Position numbers and translations under genes: made by a program. Shown one piece after another: positions 23,701 through 31,693 of a stretch of DNA of 64,000 nucleotides. Every line of letters starts with the position of its first letter. The stretch's first letter is position 1. Source of the stretch: a virus. Under the pieces are notes generated by a model that was given only the letters and a program-made list of their open reading frames with translations, was not told the origin of the DNA and searched no databases. The stretch is taken from IMG/VR virus record IMGVR_UViG_3300045988_105168, positions 1 to 64,000 of that record; one strand, 5' to 3'.

Positions 23701-23894
23701 AGATATTTTATCCCAGCCTTATCACACGCTTCCTTCTTAGCAACCCATCTCATAATGTTTCCGTGCTCTGTAAAGCAGATTGCTTTCTGTCCTAACTCAA
23801 CTGCCTTCATAATGTAGTCTTCAAATTTAGTACACGAGTCTAATAAACTCAAGTCACTATGTAAATGATAAACTACATAATTCCTTGCTTCCAT
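20742..23894 (-). CDS. dnaE: DNA polymerase III alpha-type replicase
   Basis: 1050 aa; N-terminal PHP motif YHLHSDLSLLDS, GDIDVDF, HPCGMVV core motifs. Confidence 0.85.
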   Translation of the reverse strand: MEARNYVVYHLHSDLSLLDSCTKFEDYIMKAVELGQKAICFTEHGNIMRWVAKKEACDKAGIKYLHGCEVYLTAQLEPKVRDNYHTVLIAKNMQGLRELNQLISTSNTDDHFYFKPRITFDEFLNISDNVIKISACLASPLARMENEIHKTTDDEEEQKRIKYLSDNFEKILLKYDYYEIQPHINSDEQKVYNKRLFEWAKKYNKPLIAGTDTHSINRYKAECRSILQLAKGIEFANEDQFDLTYKSYDELVDMFAEQNALPKSVYLQAIENTNVMADSCEDIVLDKEFKYPKVYDDDIETLRLRLWDMLKDKVVKGIIPEEQKEEFVENIKIELAVFKKINMCGFMLFMSDLIMWCHENNIPTGFARGSCGGSCIAYVLDIIDINPIKWKTVFSRFANEDRKEIGDIDVDFAPDDRDAVYNHMIEKFGEQYTAYILAIGTVSDKGCIDEIGRALHRKTGKDTYLLENMKKIKKEYEANPDKARETYDELFYYFDGLLNTNISQSMHPCGMVVSPVTLEDNYGTLYKDDKKILQIDMEDVHEISLVKYDILGLKNVGIIKDACKYANITYPKSSEVNWDDQKVWEDMLKCPQGIFQFEGAYAFQMLCEFKPKSIFDMSLVTAALRPSGSSYRDKLMQKEFHKNPSEIIDNMLEDNYGYLIYQEDTIKFLKDICGLTGSEADNIRRAIGRKQKDRLDAAMPSILEGYCKMSPQPRDVAEQEAKEFLQIIEDSASYQFGYNHSVAYCMVGYLCAYLRYYHTPYFIMAYLNNAQNEDDIVGGFEMAKLYGYQILPPRFRHSTDKYMYDEENHNIYKGVASIKYLNSGAAEYLYSLRDNQYDNFISLLEQIEEDRQINSRQMEILIQLQYFDEFGKNKKLLETYRYFKNLYGRKTIAKDKLEDLGLIPEDIVECFEKETEKQYTNIDYMKILANVEARIPNEIVPITEQVLFEADVVGYISMVYDVDKRYCLVTDVDTKYSPRVRLYSLGSGKETTCKINKITFNETPFKRGQLIKCGRFYQKDRQRKTETGWESTGEKDWWLANYELVDNLEL

Positions 23895-23936
23895 ATGATA
23901 CCTCCCTCTATCTTTATATAAATAGTATCATAAATA

Positions 23937-23966
23937 TAAATAAAAGTCAAGGAGAAAATCCTCGAC
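23937..23966 (-). terminator. intrinsic terminator after fibre-like cluster B
   Basis: Minus strand GTCGAGGA-TTTC-TCCTTGAC followed by TTTTATTT. Confidence 0.55.
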
Positions 23967-23969
23967 TTT

Positions 23970-24587
23970 TTATAAATTATCAGAATATTTTAATACTTCA
24001 ACCTCTAAAAAACATTCTGGAGTATCCCCAAAACCATATATATAGTTGTAGAATTTAAAAGATTTATTTACTTCATTACGGACATACATCCCAAAATAAT
24101 CTCCTTCTTTAACATCTACTATTGCTTCACATTGTAAAGTTATCCAATTTAACTCCGACAAAATAGATTTTGCAATAGGCGTCCCTATATTAGTAGTAGA
24201 ACCATTCTTACCAATACCTAAAAACAACCAGTCATTAGCAGACCAAGCATCAATCTGACATATAACTTTCGCTCTTACTCGTACTTTTTCAATGCCAGCG
24301 CCAATTTTTATCCAGTACCCGTCTCTAGTTAAACGAGAACCATATTGTTGCCAAGTAGTCATACTACCAAAGACCGTCCATTGCCCAATAGCCCCAGGCC
24401 AATCTAGCGGCTCAGAATTATTTGATTTGTAAATCTTTATATAATCTTTACAATTATTAGTTTTAGTATTTAATCCAGTAAGCGAAGTATTTATATTATT
24501 TAAAACAGTATTAAGTGGTGTACGATTATATACCACATTTGAACTATCCCAATAATAAGGGCTGTTAAGTTTAATAGATGTAGCCAT
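23970..24587 (-). CDS. receptor-binding/fibre-tip-like paralog B4
   Basis: N-terminus MATSIKLNSPYYWDSS is shared with the three upstream paralogs. GGAGGTG SD favours ATG 24587; the track gives 24602. Confidence 0.5.
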   Translation of the reverse strand: MATSIKLNSPYYWDSSNVVYNRTPLNTVLNNINTSLTGLNTKTNNCKDYIKIYKSNNSEPLDWPGAIGQWTVFGSMTTWQQYGSRLTRDGYWIKIGAGIEKVRVRAKVICQIDAWSANDWLFLGIGKNGSTTNIGTPIAKSILSELNWITLQCEAIVDVKEGDYFGMYVRNEVNKSFKFYNYIYGFGDTPECFLEVEVLKYSDNL

Positions 24588-25242
24588 ATTTAGCACCTCC
24601 ATTAAACATATTAGTAATTAAGTTTTTTAACGACCTAATTACCCCCCCCCAATTCTTACGTCGATATACTTTTATCCAAGAACCATTTCCTATATAATCG
24701 CTATCTGTACATACAATTCTAATCGACATTACATTTGATTGATTTTGATTAACCAAATACGTATTACAATGTACATCAACGTAATTTCCGCCAGTAGTTG
24801 TAGTTCCTCCTTGACTATCAAAATACAACCAATCTTGATTAAAATATACTAAAGTACCGATTGTATAAAATAATGGCGTTCCCATACTCCATCCGTTCGT
24901 AAACGCCAAACAAGCAGAGTGTGTAGTAAGAACCCAAGAAGATGGAGATGATGACCATACATATCTATGACGCCCAGAATATCCAGAGCCTTTATCATTA
25001 AGTTGTAGATAATGTCCTCTGGATGTACCAGCCGTGCTATATTCTGCCACTACAATATCATACACATAACCATCTCTTTTTATATCGAGACCACTTACTT
25101 TTAATTCTTTTACATTACCATTTGCAACAGCCTCTCCTACCAATTCGCCAGTACTAAGAATATTGCTTAGTTGTTTCCTGTTATGTGAGATAGAAGAGCT
25201 ATCCCAAAATTTACTATCATTTAATTTTAAACTATTTGCCAT
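24571..25242 (-). CDS. receptor-binding/fibre-tip-like paralog B3 (poly-G at the 3' end)
   Basis: MANSLKLNDSKFWDSS N-terminus. The reading frame after ...RRKNWGG depends on the G9 tract. Confidence 0.5.
   Translation of the reverse strand: MANSLKLNDSKFWDSSSISHNRKQLSNILSTGELVGEAVANGNVKELKVSGLDIKRDGYVYDIVVAEYSTAGTSRGHYLQLNDKGSGYSGRHRYVWSSSPSSWVLTTHSACLAFTNGWSMGTPLFYTIGTLVYFNQDWLYFDSQGGTTTTGGNYVDVHCNTYLVNQNQSNVMSIRIVCTDSDYIGNGSWIKVYRRKNWGGVIRSLKNLITNMFNGGAKYGYIY
24642..24650 (-). repeat. homopolymer tract G9 (C9 on the plus strand)
   Basis: Counted directly: ACCCCCCCCCA. Confidence 0.9.
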
Positions 25243-25254
25243 AATATTTATGAG

Positions 25255-25719
25255 CTACTTTATTCTTATTGCTTGAATATGAGATTTTACACTAACAGTT
25301 TTATTTCTAGGCCATAAATTTAGATATACTCTAGTAGAACTATTTGAACTTTGTATACCGATAACCGTAGTATTTACCCAACCTTGGTCGTCATATCTAC
25401 TATCGGCTAACGATATTGTTATATTCTCTAATGCGGTATAAGAACTTAGATTTTGGTCTTCATAACGCCAATGTCCAATTACTAGCCATACACCAGCTGG
25501 TATTATTATCGAACAAATATCGTTACTTTGACTTTGTTTGGCGGTATTTGTAACTTCAGCACCGCTCGATATAACAGTTCCTATAGCGGCCACTGTATTG
25601 TTAACTGTTGTCACAGTATTTTTCATTGTATTTAAATAATTTGATAACAACTCTCTGTTATGTGTAATACCTTGTGTATCAATAAAAATATTATTTAATA
25701 GTTTTACACTTTTACTCAT
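25255..25719 (-). CDS. receptor-binding/fibre-tip-like paralog B2
   Basis: MSKSVKLLNNIFIDTQGITHNRELLS N-terminus; no SD. Confidence 0.5.
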   Translation of the reverse strand: MSKSVKLLNNIFIDTQGITHNRELLSNYLNTMKNTVTTVNNTVAAIGTVISSGAEVTNTAKQSQSNDICSIIIPAGVWLVIGHWRYEDQNLSSYTALENITISLADSRYDDQGWVNTTVIGIQSSNSSTRVYLNLWPRNKTVSVKSHIQAIRIK

Positions 25720-25736
25720 TTTGTTTCTATGCTAGA

Positions 25737-26306
25737 TTAAATTGTTTCTGTGTCTATAGATATAATATTCAACATCGTTCTACCACCTCTAAACATATAT
25801 GTTCGAGCTACACTAGCGCCAACTCTTAAATAAACATATTGCCCAGCGGCCAAATACACATTAATTGCAGGTATAACAGTAGAAACCATCCCTGATTGTG
25901 CACCAGAGTCTATTATAAATAGTACGGCACCATCACTTCTCATTACGTGAATTTGAAAATTTTCACCAGCCATATCGGAGTTGATAGCTCCAGATACAAT
26001 ATAATGGCCACTTTTAGATACTGCTATACCTCCGCCAGCACCATAAAAATTTGCAGTTGTTCTTCTATCCAATATTAAATTTAAAGTTGGATAATGTGTA
26101 TATGCACCATTTATAGCTACATTAGTATCAGCATAGAAACAAGCCAAACCAACGCCTTTATTAGCTAAAAATGTGTTTTGTTTATTTATACAATCAGATA
26201 ATGATGTGCTCTGATTGTTTAAAAAAGTAGACAATAATGTTCTATTATATGTAATCCCAGATGCATCCCAATAATTATTATTGGTTAGTTTAAGCGATTT
26301 AGACAA
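25737..26306 (-). CDS. receptor-binding/fibre-tip-like paralog B1 (TTG start)
   Basis: MSKSLKLTNNNYWDASGITYNRTLLS. The TTG start directly abuts the stop of a 5-codon SD-driven mini-ORF. Confidence 0.5.
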   Translation of the reverse strand: MSKSLKLTNNNYWDASGITYNRTLLSTFLNNQSTSLSDCINKQNTFLANKGVGLACFYADTNVAINGAYTHYPTLNLILDRRTTANFYGAGGGIAVSKSGHYIVSGAINSDMAGENFQIHVMRSDGAVLFIIDSGAQSGMVSTVIPAINVYLAAGQYVYLRVGASVARTYMFRGGRTMLNIISIDTETI

Positions 26307-26382
26307 CTAAACCACCCCTAGCATTTAACCTCCTTTGCAGAAGGTTTTGTTGAGTAAGAGTAGCAACTATATTGTGTAGCTG

Positions 26383-26391
26383 CCCCCCCCC
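26383..26391 (-). repeat. homopolymer tract G9
   Basis: Counted directly; minus-strand context GTTGAGGGGGGGGGCAGC. Confidence 0.9.
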
Positions 26392-26427
26392 TCAACTTGA
26401 TTTTTTATAGGAGATTGGACACTAAAC

Positions 26428-26472
26428 TTAAAGCCTAGATGCCCCCCCCCCTAACGAACATTTTTTAAACAT
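26428..26472 (-). promoter_or_regulatory. SD-driven leader mini-ORF containing poly-G (MFKKCSLGGGASRL)
   Basis: AGGAGG-8 nt-ATG. The tract lies inside the mini-ORF and the stop position changes with tract length. Confidence 0.4.
26442..26451 (-). repeat. homopolymer tract G10
   Basis: Counted directly; minus-strand context TTAGGGGGGGGGGCAT. Confidence 0.9.
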
Positions 26473-26485
26473 AATAATTTCCTCC

Positions 26486-26836
26486 TTACCAAGTATCAAC
26501 AACCGTATAATTAAGTTGTGATACATTACCTAAGTTTAAGTCGCTAATTTTCTTATCGACATTGAAGTTGGTACCGTGTTTAACTGATACCCAAGCATTA
26601 CTTGTTTTTCCGTTCTTGGTGCATAACTCAACAGAGTCTCCAACTGAAAGTTGTTCACCAGTTTTATTTAAGACACCAGAAACGATTTTTTCTGTATCGG
26701 GTGGTAAATAAACATCTACGCTCCCATTACTATTTACTGTTTTTACAACAGCAGACACGAACTTCGTAATTCCTTTTTTACTCATTCTTACATCTACGAT
26801 GTCTTCAATGACACCTTTAAATTCTTTAGTGTCCAT
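26486..26836 (-). CDS. small conserved fibre-cluster protein (paralog of 39372..39728)
   Basis: Shares VIEDIVD...LSVGDSVELCTKNG...SNAWVSVKHG with the 118-aa protein. Confidence 0.5.
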   Translation of the reverse strand: MDTKEFKGVIEDIVDVRMSKKGITKFVSAVVKTVNSNGSVDVYLPPDTEKIVSGVLNKTGEQLSVGDSVELCTKNGKTSNAWVSVKHGTNFNVDKKISDLNLGNVSQLNYTVVDTW

Positions 26837-26850
26837 ATTATCTCTCCTAA

Positions 26851-27078
26851 TTAATCTTCAAACTTAACTGTGTTTTCTTGGAATTTTCTAAGCATTGCTT
26901 CAAAATCGTTTCCTGGAGCACCTGCTTCCATATTTAAATTACGAGCCTTCTTTGCATCTCTACATTCTTTACAACGAATAGGTTGAGCAAATCCTTTTTC
27001 CTCGTAAAATCTTTGTTCTCCAACAGTAAAGTCAAACTCTTTACCACAGTCTTTACATACTAATTTAATATTTTCCAT
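26851..27078 (-). CDS. zinc-ribbon protein
   Basis: CKDCGKEFDFTVGEQRFYEEKGF..PIRCKECR. Confidence 0.5.
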   Translation of the reverse strand: MENIKLVCKDCGKEFDFTVGEQRFYEEKGFAQPIRCKECRDAKKARNLNMEAGAPGNDFEAMLRKFQENTVKFED

Positions 27079-27303
27079 TTACTTATTTTTCCTTCCTTTT
27101 TTCTTAGTACCTTGATTTTGTTCTATTTCTAAACGTTCTCTTTCAGCACGTTCTTGTTGCGCCTGTTGTACTTGTGCCAGCGCTTCTTGATACAAACCTT
27201 CTCTTAATGCATTTACATTTAATGCTTTTTCTTCTAAAGCATTTAATATAACGTCCATATCATCAGAACTAACTGCTAATGTAATCATAATTTTGTTACC
27301 CAT
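27079..27303 (-). CDS. hypothetical protein (74 aa)
   Basis: ORF track. Confidence 0.5.
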   Translation of the reverse strand: MGNKIMITLAVSSDDMDVILNALEEKALNVNALREGLYQEALAQVQQAQQERAERERLEIEQNQGTKKKGRKNK

Positions 27304-27311
27304 AATTACAC

Positions 27312-27848
27312 CTACTTAATAGATATACTTTTGTTTTCTACGATTTGAGCACCAGGGATTACTTCTGTTGCAAGAACGTCTTTTAACCCTTTTTTAACCA
27401 AAGACACTTTTGTTTCAACTTTCTTACAAGTTTCGTTATATTCTGGATGTGCCTCTAAGAATTTAAGAACGGCCTCTTCATTAGTAATATCAACAGAAGA
27501 CGACTTTCTAGTTCCTAAACGATAATCTTTTAATTCTTTTTTATCAATATTATTAGCCAACATTAACGCTTTTAAGAATTCATTTAGTCTTTCAACTCTA
27601 TTCTCATAATATTTGATATTGTCTTCAATTTCTTTTTTACGAGCTTTTAACGCATCGGCTTGTGCTTCAGTCTTCTTTATATATCCACAAATACCATTTA
27701 GTTTATCATCAAATTTTTCTTCTAATGCATCTAAATCATCACTTGTAAAGAATACCTCTCCTGTTTCTTCATCGGCATAAAAACCGTTTTCAATAACATT
27801 AAAAATCGCCTCAGTTAAACCCCAAGAAGTTAAATCTTTTATATCCAT
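27312..27848 (-). CDS. Gp157-like coiled-coil protein (recombination/replication module)
   Basis: Size, coiled-coil character and position upstream of the nuclease/ATPase genes. Weak family recognition only. Confidence 0.35.
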   Translation of the reverse strand: MDIKDLTSWGLTEAIFNVIENGFYADEETGEVFFTSDDLDALEEKFDDKLNGICGYIKKTEAQADALKARKKEIEDNIKYYENRVERLNEFLKALMLANNIDKKELKDYRLGTRKSSSVDITNEEAVLKFLEAHPEYNETCKKVETKVSLVKKGLKDVLATEVIPGAQIVENKSISIK

Positions 27849-27849
27849 A

Positions 27850-28077
27850 TTAAGCCTCCCTTGTTTTCAATATATACTTTTTAAATGATGTCTTCTCTCC
27901 ATATCGGTTCGTACGAGTTTGCCATTCTTCTTCAAATTCGTAGCCATCGATATGTTTTAAATTATATATAATAGCACTAAGTCTAGTGATACCATACTCT
28001 ACAAAACTCTCCCAAGATGTAATATGTCCGTAATCAACAAGATGTCGCAATATTCTTTCTTTTTGAGTCATCTTCAT
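27850..28077 (-). CDS. winged-helix DNA-binding protein
   Basis: ILRHLVDYGHITSWESFVEYGITRLSAIIYNLK HTH-like pattern. Confidence 0.4.
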   Translation of the reverse strand: MKMTQKERILRHLVDYGHITSWESFVEYGITRLSAIIYNLKHIDGYEFEEEWQTRTNRYGEKTSFKKYILKTREA

Positions 28078-28079
28078 AA

Positions 28080-28280
28080 TTACGCCTCCTTAGGTTTACG
28101 ATAAGTTCCTTTAGAGCTATCCCATAAAACATTAGGATAATATTTTCTATCGAAGCAAGCAATTTTACCTTCTAATTGTCTTATCTTCCATTCATTATTC
28201 TCTTCCTTTGCTTTCTCTAAAGCATCCATAAGAGCTTTCTTTTTCATTACGCGTCTATACGCAACAGTATTTTCAAACAT
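28080..28280 (-). CDS. hypothetical protein (66 aa)
   Basis: ORF track; AAGGAGA SD. Confidence 0.5.
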   Translation of the reverse strand: MFENTVAYRRVMKKKALMDALEKAKEENNEWKIRQLEGKIACFDRKYYPNVLWDSSKGTYRKPKEA

Positions 28281-28308
28281 AATTTATTTTCTCCTTTTTT
28301 ACCATTTC

Positions 28309-28337
28309 TTGACAAATTTGCAAAAAAGTTGTATAAT
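28309..28337 (+). promoter_or_regulatory. perfect consensus promoter TTGACA-17-TATAAT, antisense to the gene block
   Basis: TTGACA 28309-28314, a 17-nt spacer, TATAAT 28332-28337. It points into the 3' end of the minus-strand nuclease gene. Confidence 0.45.
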
Positions 28338-28351
28338 CTTAAACCGACCCA

Positions 28352-29173
28352 TTAAAATGGGCATTCGTCTAAAGATTGCGCCCTTTTGTGCTCAAAGAGC
28401 ATCTCTTTTGCCTCTTTGTATAAATCTTTAGTCTTATAAATCTCATAAGTAGAATTGTTCTCATTTATCCATATAATGAAGTGCTCGTTGCTTAGCTTTA
28501 AGCCAGTCTTCTTTTCAAAGATATACTGGTAACCATTAAGTTGCAAACTATAATGAATATAATTACAATCGTCCAAATGTGATAAGCAACCCGTCATTTT
28601 CTGTCCTTTATATGGTTTAAACTTAATCTCTTTATTTGATTTATAATCTACGATAATTAGAGATTGTAATTTTATGGAATAACATAAAAAATCAATACTT
28701 CCACAAATCTCTAAATCTTCGTCGCCGACAACAAGTTCCAAACCAATAGGTATTAATCTGTCTTTATACTTATTATAGAACTCTGTCGATATTTTGGTGA
28801 GCTGAGGCCATAATGGTTCTAGCACATCAGTACCAAATTGCTCTATTATTTTATCTTTAGGGTATTCATACTTCTCGCCTTTCCACATATATTCGTTAAA
28901 GGCGTGTATATGCGTCCCTTTTACCTTTGATAATTCATTAGTAAAAGCCCACATATCGAGTACCTCCTGTACTGGAATACCCATTTTACGCGCTGTAAAT
29001 GGAGCAATTTTTTCTGCATCAAATGGTTGAGCGTGAGAATGAATAAGCGCAGTCATCGATGTTTTCGCTTGTTTGCGTTCTCCATTTTCATCCAACCACC
29101 AATATATATGAGGTTCTTCCTCAAAATGAAACATATCAAATACTTTTAAACGCGACTTAATATCTTCTATCAT
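28352..29173 (-). CDS. PD-(D/E)XK (RecB/Cas4-like) nuclease
   Basis: GSIDFLCY...IIVDYKSNK D...(D/E)xK arrangement; C-terminal tail LDECPF. Confidence 0.6.
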   Translation of the reverse strand: MIEDIKSRLKVFDMFHFEEEPHIYWWLDENGERKQAKTSMTALIHSHAQPFDAEKIAPFTARKMGIPVQEVLDMWAFTNELSKVKGTHIHAFNEYMWKGEKYEYPKDKIIEQFGTDVLEPLWPQLTKISTEFYNKYKDRLIPIGLELVVGDEDLEICGSIDFLCYSIKLQSLIIVDYKSNKEIKFKPYKGQKMTGCLSHLDDCNYIHYSLQLNGYQYIFEKKTGLKLSNEHFIIWINENNSTYEIYKTKDLYKEAKEMLFEHKRAQSLDECPF

Positions 29174-31104
29174 AATGGACTTACCTCCTTCGACACTACG
29201 TTATGATTGTTAGGGTCGTAAGTTGGTATTGGGTATTGAGATAAATCTCTTTTGTCCCATCCATATCTAAACCAAACTTCCTCAGGTTTTTGATAAAATC
29301 TATAAGAAGGATAATCGAAATATAGATTAACTAAAGGTAATACACCAGTAATACGATTTTTTAACACTTCTACACAAGAGTCGTATTCTACAGGTTCTTT
29401 TCCTTTAATAAAATCTCCTCGTTGATTTGTTTCACCCTCTTTTTCACGGTCGGTATATCTATGTACACTAAACACCATATGTGCTAGGTTAACAATATTA
29501 CCACTACCTGCAATGTCTTCTTTAGTAACTCTTATTTCTCCTGTTTTACGAGGATGAGCTACTAAAAACACCAAGACATTGTATTTTTTTGCAAAGAATA
29601 TAAGTTTATTTACAAATTCTTTTTCTGCTTGTAAACGACCCTCTTCGCTACATTCTAGGTCAACCATCATTAAATTATCTATTAGGAATACTTTTGTTCC
29701 ACATTTACGAGCAAGTTCTTCCATCTTGTTTAATAATGCTGACGCCGTAGTGTTATAATCATCATCATACACTAATACTTTCCCACTGTACCAATTTTGC
29801 ATAATCTTACGTTGTTCTGAGTCAAACACACGAACGTGCCCATCTCTCATTGTTATATGGTCTCTACCAATCATATTAGTTTCAACCCAATTTCTTAGAA
29901 TAGGAGCGGGTAATTCGCCACTAAATACAAATACTTCATAGCCTTGTTGTAATGCTTGACATATAGCAACTTGATTTACGAATACAGATTTACCTTCACC
30001 ACTTTTACCTGTAATAATATTAAGCGTTCCAAAAGTTAGTTTATATATTTTGTCATCAAGTTCTTTAATACCTGTATACAGTCCTTCTGTATGCTCAATA
30101 TCAAAATCTTCAGCAGACGATAAATCTAATACTTTTTCAACTGGTACTTCTAAAGGTTTATTTATATATTCTAAAACTCTGTCTTTACCTATAAAGAATA
30201 AAACCTCATTAATATCTTTTACTTGCACACCATTAGGCGTTACATCTGTTGGTTGTGTTTCTACATAATAAGTTCTCCAAGTCCCTAAACGATAAATAAT
30301 ATCATTACGAGCTTTTACTCCAGGTTCGTCAGCATCAAACCATAAAATAATTTTATGAAATTGTTCTAACCAATCCCAATTATATTGAACCCATTGTGCA
30401 TTACTACAACCATTTGGTATAGAGACAACATTTGTATATCCCGCCTCAATAACTGATAAACAATCAATTTCTCCCTCAGTAATAACTAAAGGTTTTGTTG
30501 GGTCTACTCTATTCATATTAAATAGTAGTGGCGAAAAATCTGCCTCTAATTGAGACCAACATTTTGATTTGTCTACACCCTTTTGATATTTCTTTCCTAA
30601 ACGATATTTTACAGTCATTAATACATCGTTACTATCATAATAATGAAAAGCAACGTTCCCATATTTATCACTTTGTATATCGGCATAATCCATAGTTTTT
30701 ATGCTAATACCTCTGACTTGTAAATATTGTTCTACATTTGTTCTATCAGAATGTTCTCTACGTGGATATTTATAAGAGGAGGCAGTTTGCACTCCCCTTT
30801 GACTAAAATTGTAATCCATATCCACTTGTTTAAATAGTTTTTCTACAGCCTCTAAATAAGTAAGCCCTTGCTCTAAGTATAAGTCGATAATACCAAAGTT
30901 TCGACCACAACTAAAGCAATGAAAACAATTTGTTTTATCATTCCAAATGAACGACGGCGTTTTATCTCTATGCCAAGGACAAGAGCAACTTTTGTCTTTT
31001 TCATTATAAGAACCTTCTAAACCGAAGTGTCTAACTATCTCGTCGATAGCCTGACCATCATATTTGGCTTTCGCCGCATCAATCTTCTCGACTGGAATTA
31101 ACAT
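29170..31104 (-). CDS. bifunctional primase-helicase
   Basis: CHC2 zinc finger CPWHRDKTPSF...CFHCFSCG, TOPRIM ITEGEIDC/FDADEPG, Walker A GKSGEGKS, Walker B FLIDNLMM. Confidence 0.85.
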   Translation of the reverse strand: MLIPVEKIDAAKAKYDGQAIDEIVRHFGLEGSYNEKDKSCSCPWHRDKTPSFIWNDKTNCFHCFSCGRNFGIIDLYLEQGLTYLEAVEKLFKQVDMDYNFSQRGVQTASSYKYPRREHSDRTNVEQYLQVRGISIKTMDYADIQSDKYGNVAFHYYDSNDVLMTVKYRLGKKYQKGVDKSKCWSQLEADFSPLLFNMNRVDPTKPLVITEGEIDCLSVIEAGYTNVVSIPNGCSNAQWVQYNWDWLEQFHKIILWFDADEPGVKARNDIIYRLGTWRTYYVETQPTDVTPNGVQVKDINEVLFFIGKDRVLEYINKPLEVPVEKVLDLSSAEDFDIEHTEGLYTGIKELDDKIYKLTFGTLNIITGKSGEGKSVFVNQVAICQALQQGYEVFVFSGELPAPILRNWVETNMIGRDHITMRDGHVRVFDSEQRKIMQNWYSGKVLVYDDDYNTTASALLNKMEELARKCGTKVFLIDNLMMVDLECSEEGRLQAEKEFVNKLIFFAKKYNVLVFLVAHPRKTGEIRVTKEDIAGSGNIVNLAHMVFSVHRYTDREKEGETNQRGDFIKGKEPVEYDSCVEVLKNRITGVLPLVNLYFDYPSYRFYQKPEEVWFRYGWDKRDLSQYPIPTYDPNNHNVVSKEVSPL

Positions 31105-31147
31105 ACTCTTGCCACCTTTCTAAAATTATTTATTTGTTATATTAATC

Positions 31148-31693
31148 TTAGAATGGGCATTCATCTGCCGCCGTAGGTGCTGCTACTGGAGCTGCTTCTA
31201 CAACTGGTGTTACAGGTTGAACTGGAGTAACTGGCGCTACTGGAGCTGCTTGAGCAACTGGTGTAGCAGGAGCAACTTTTGGTTCTTCTGCAACTTGAGG
31301 AGCCTTATCTAAGTTTCTAGTAGGATTAGTTTCTGTTTGTGCATTTGGGTCATATAACTCAAATTCAAAAACTGTAATCTTTTCATTCTTTGGATAAGCA
31401 ATACAACCATTGTTAGTGTCCCAATATGGTTCAGTACTCATATCGGCAACTACATTAGTGATTGTGTCCCCTGGCTTAATATTTTTTAATTGGTGATAAG
31501 CGTGACCAATAAATCTAACAAATGAACGATAGTCTGCAATATAACCATTTTTAGCAACACCGTTGTTTACTTGTACTTGGTCATAAGAACTATCTTCTTT
31601 TACTTTACGGCTTGTAGAGAATTTTACTTCTGCTACGCCATCTTTATCATTGATTTCCCAAACTTTTACTCTGTCTGTAATTGTTACTCTCAT
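31148..31693 (-). CDS. ssb: single-stranded DNA-binding protein
   Basis: OB-like N-terminal domain, a Pro/Ala/Val-rich linker and an acidic-aromatic tip ADECPF. Confidence 0.65.
   Translation of the reverse strand: MRVTITDRVKVWEINDKDGVAEVKFSTSRKVKEDSSYDQVQVNNGVAKNGYIADYRSFVRFIGHAYHQLKNIKPGDTITNVVADMSTEPYWDTNNGCIAYPKNEKITVFEFELYDPNAQTETNPTRNLDKAPQVAEEPKVAPATPVAQAAPVAPVTPVQPVTPVVEAAPVAAPTAADECPF

Noticed and set aside
25737-26340. Possible stop-codon reassignment or amber suppression: in-frame TAG/TAA codons between an SD-ATG and the B1 fibre gene, and a CTA-containing loop in the 61-nt tRNA-like element at 9066
   Set aside because: All large genes, up to 1605 codons, are intact under the standard code. 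No canonical suppressor tRNA is present. The mini-ORF followed by an adjacent TTG start explains the arrangement.
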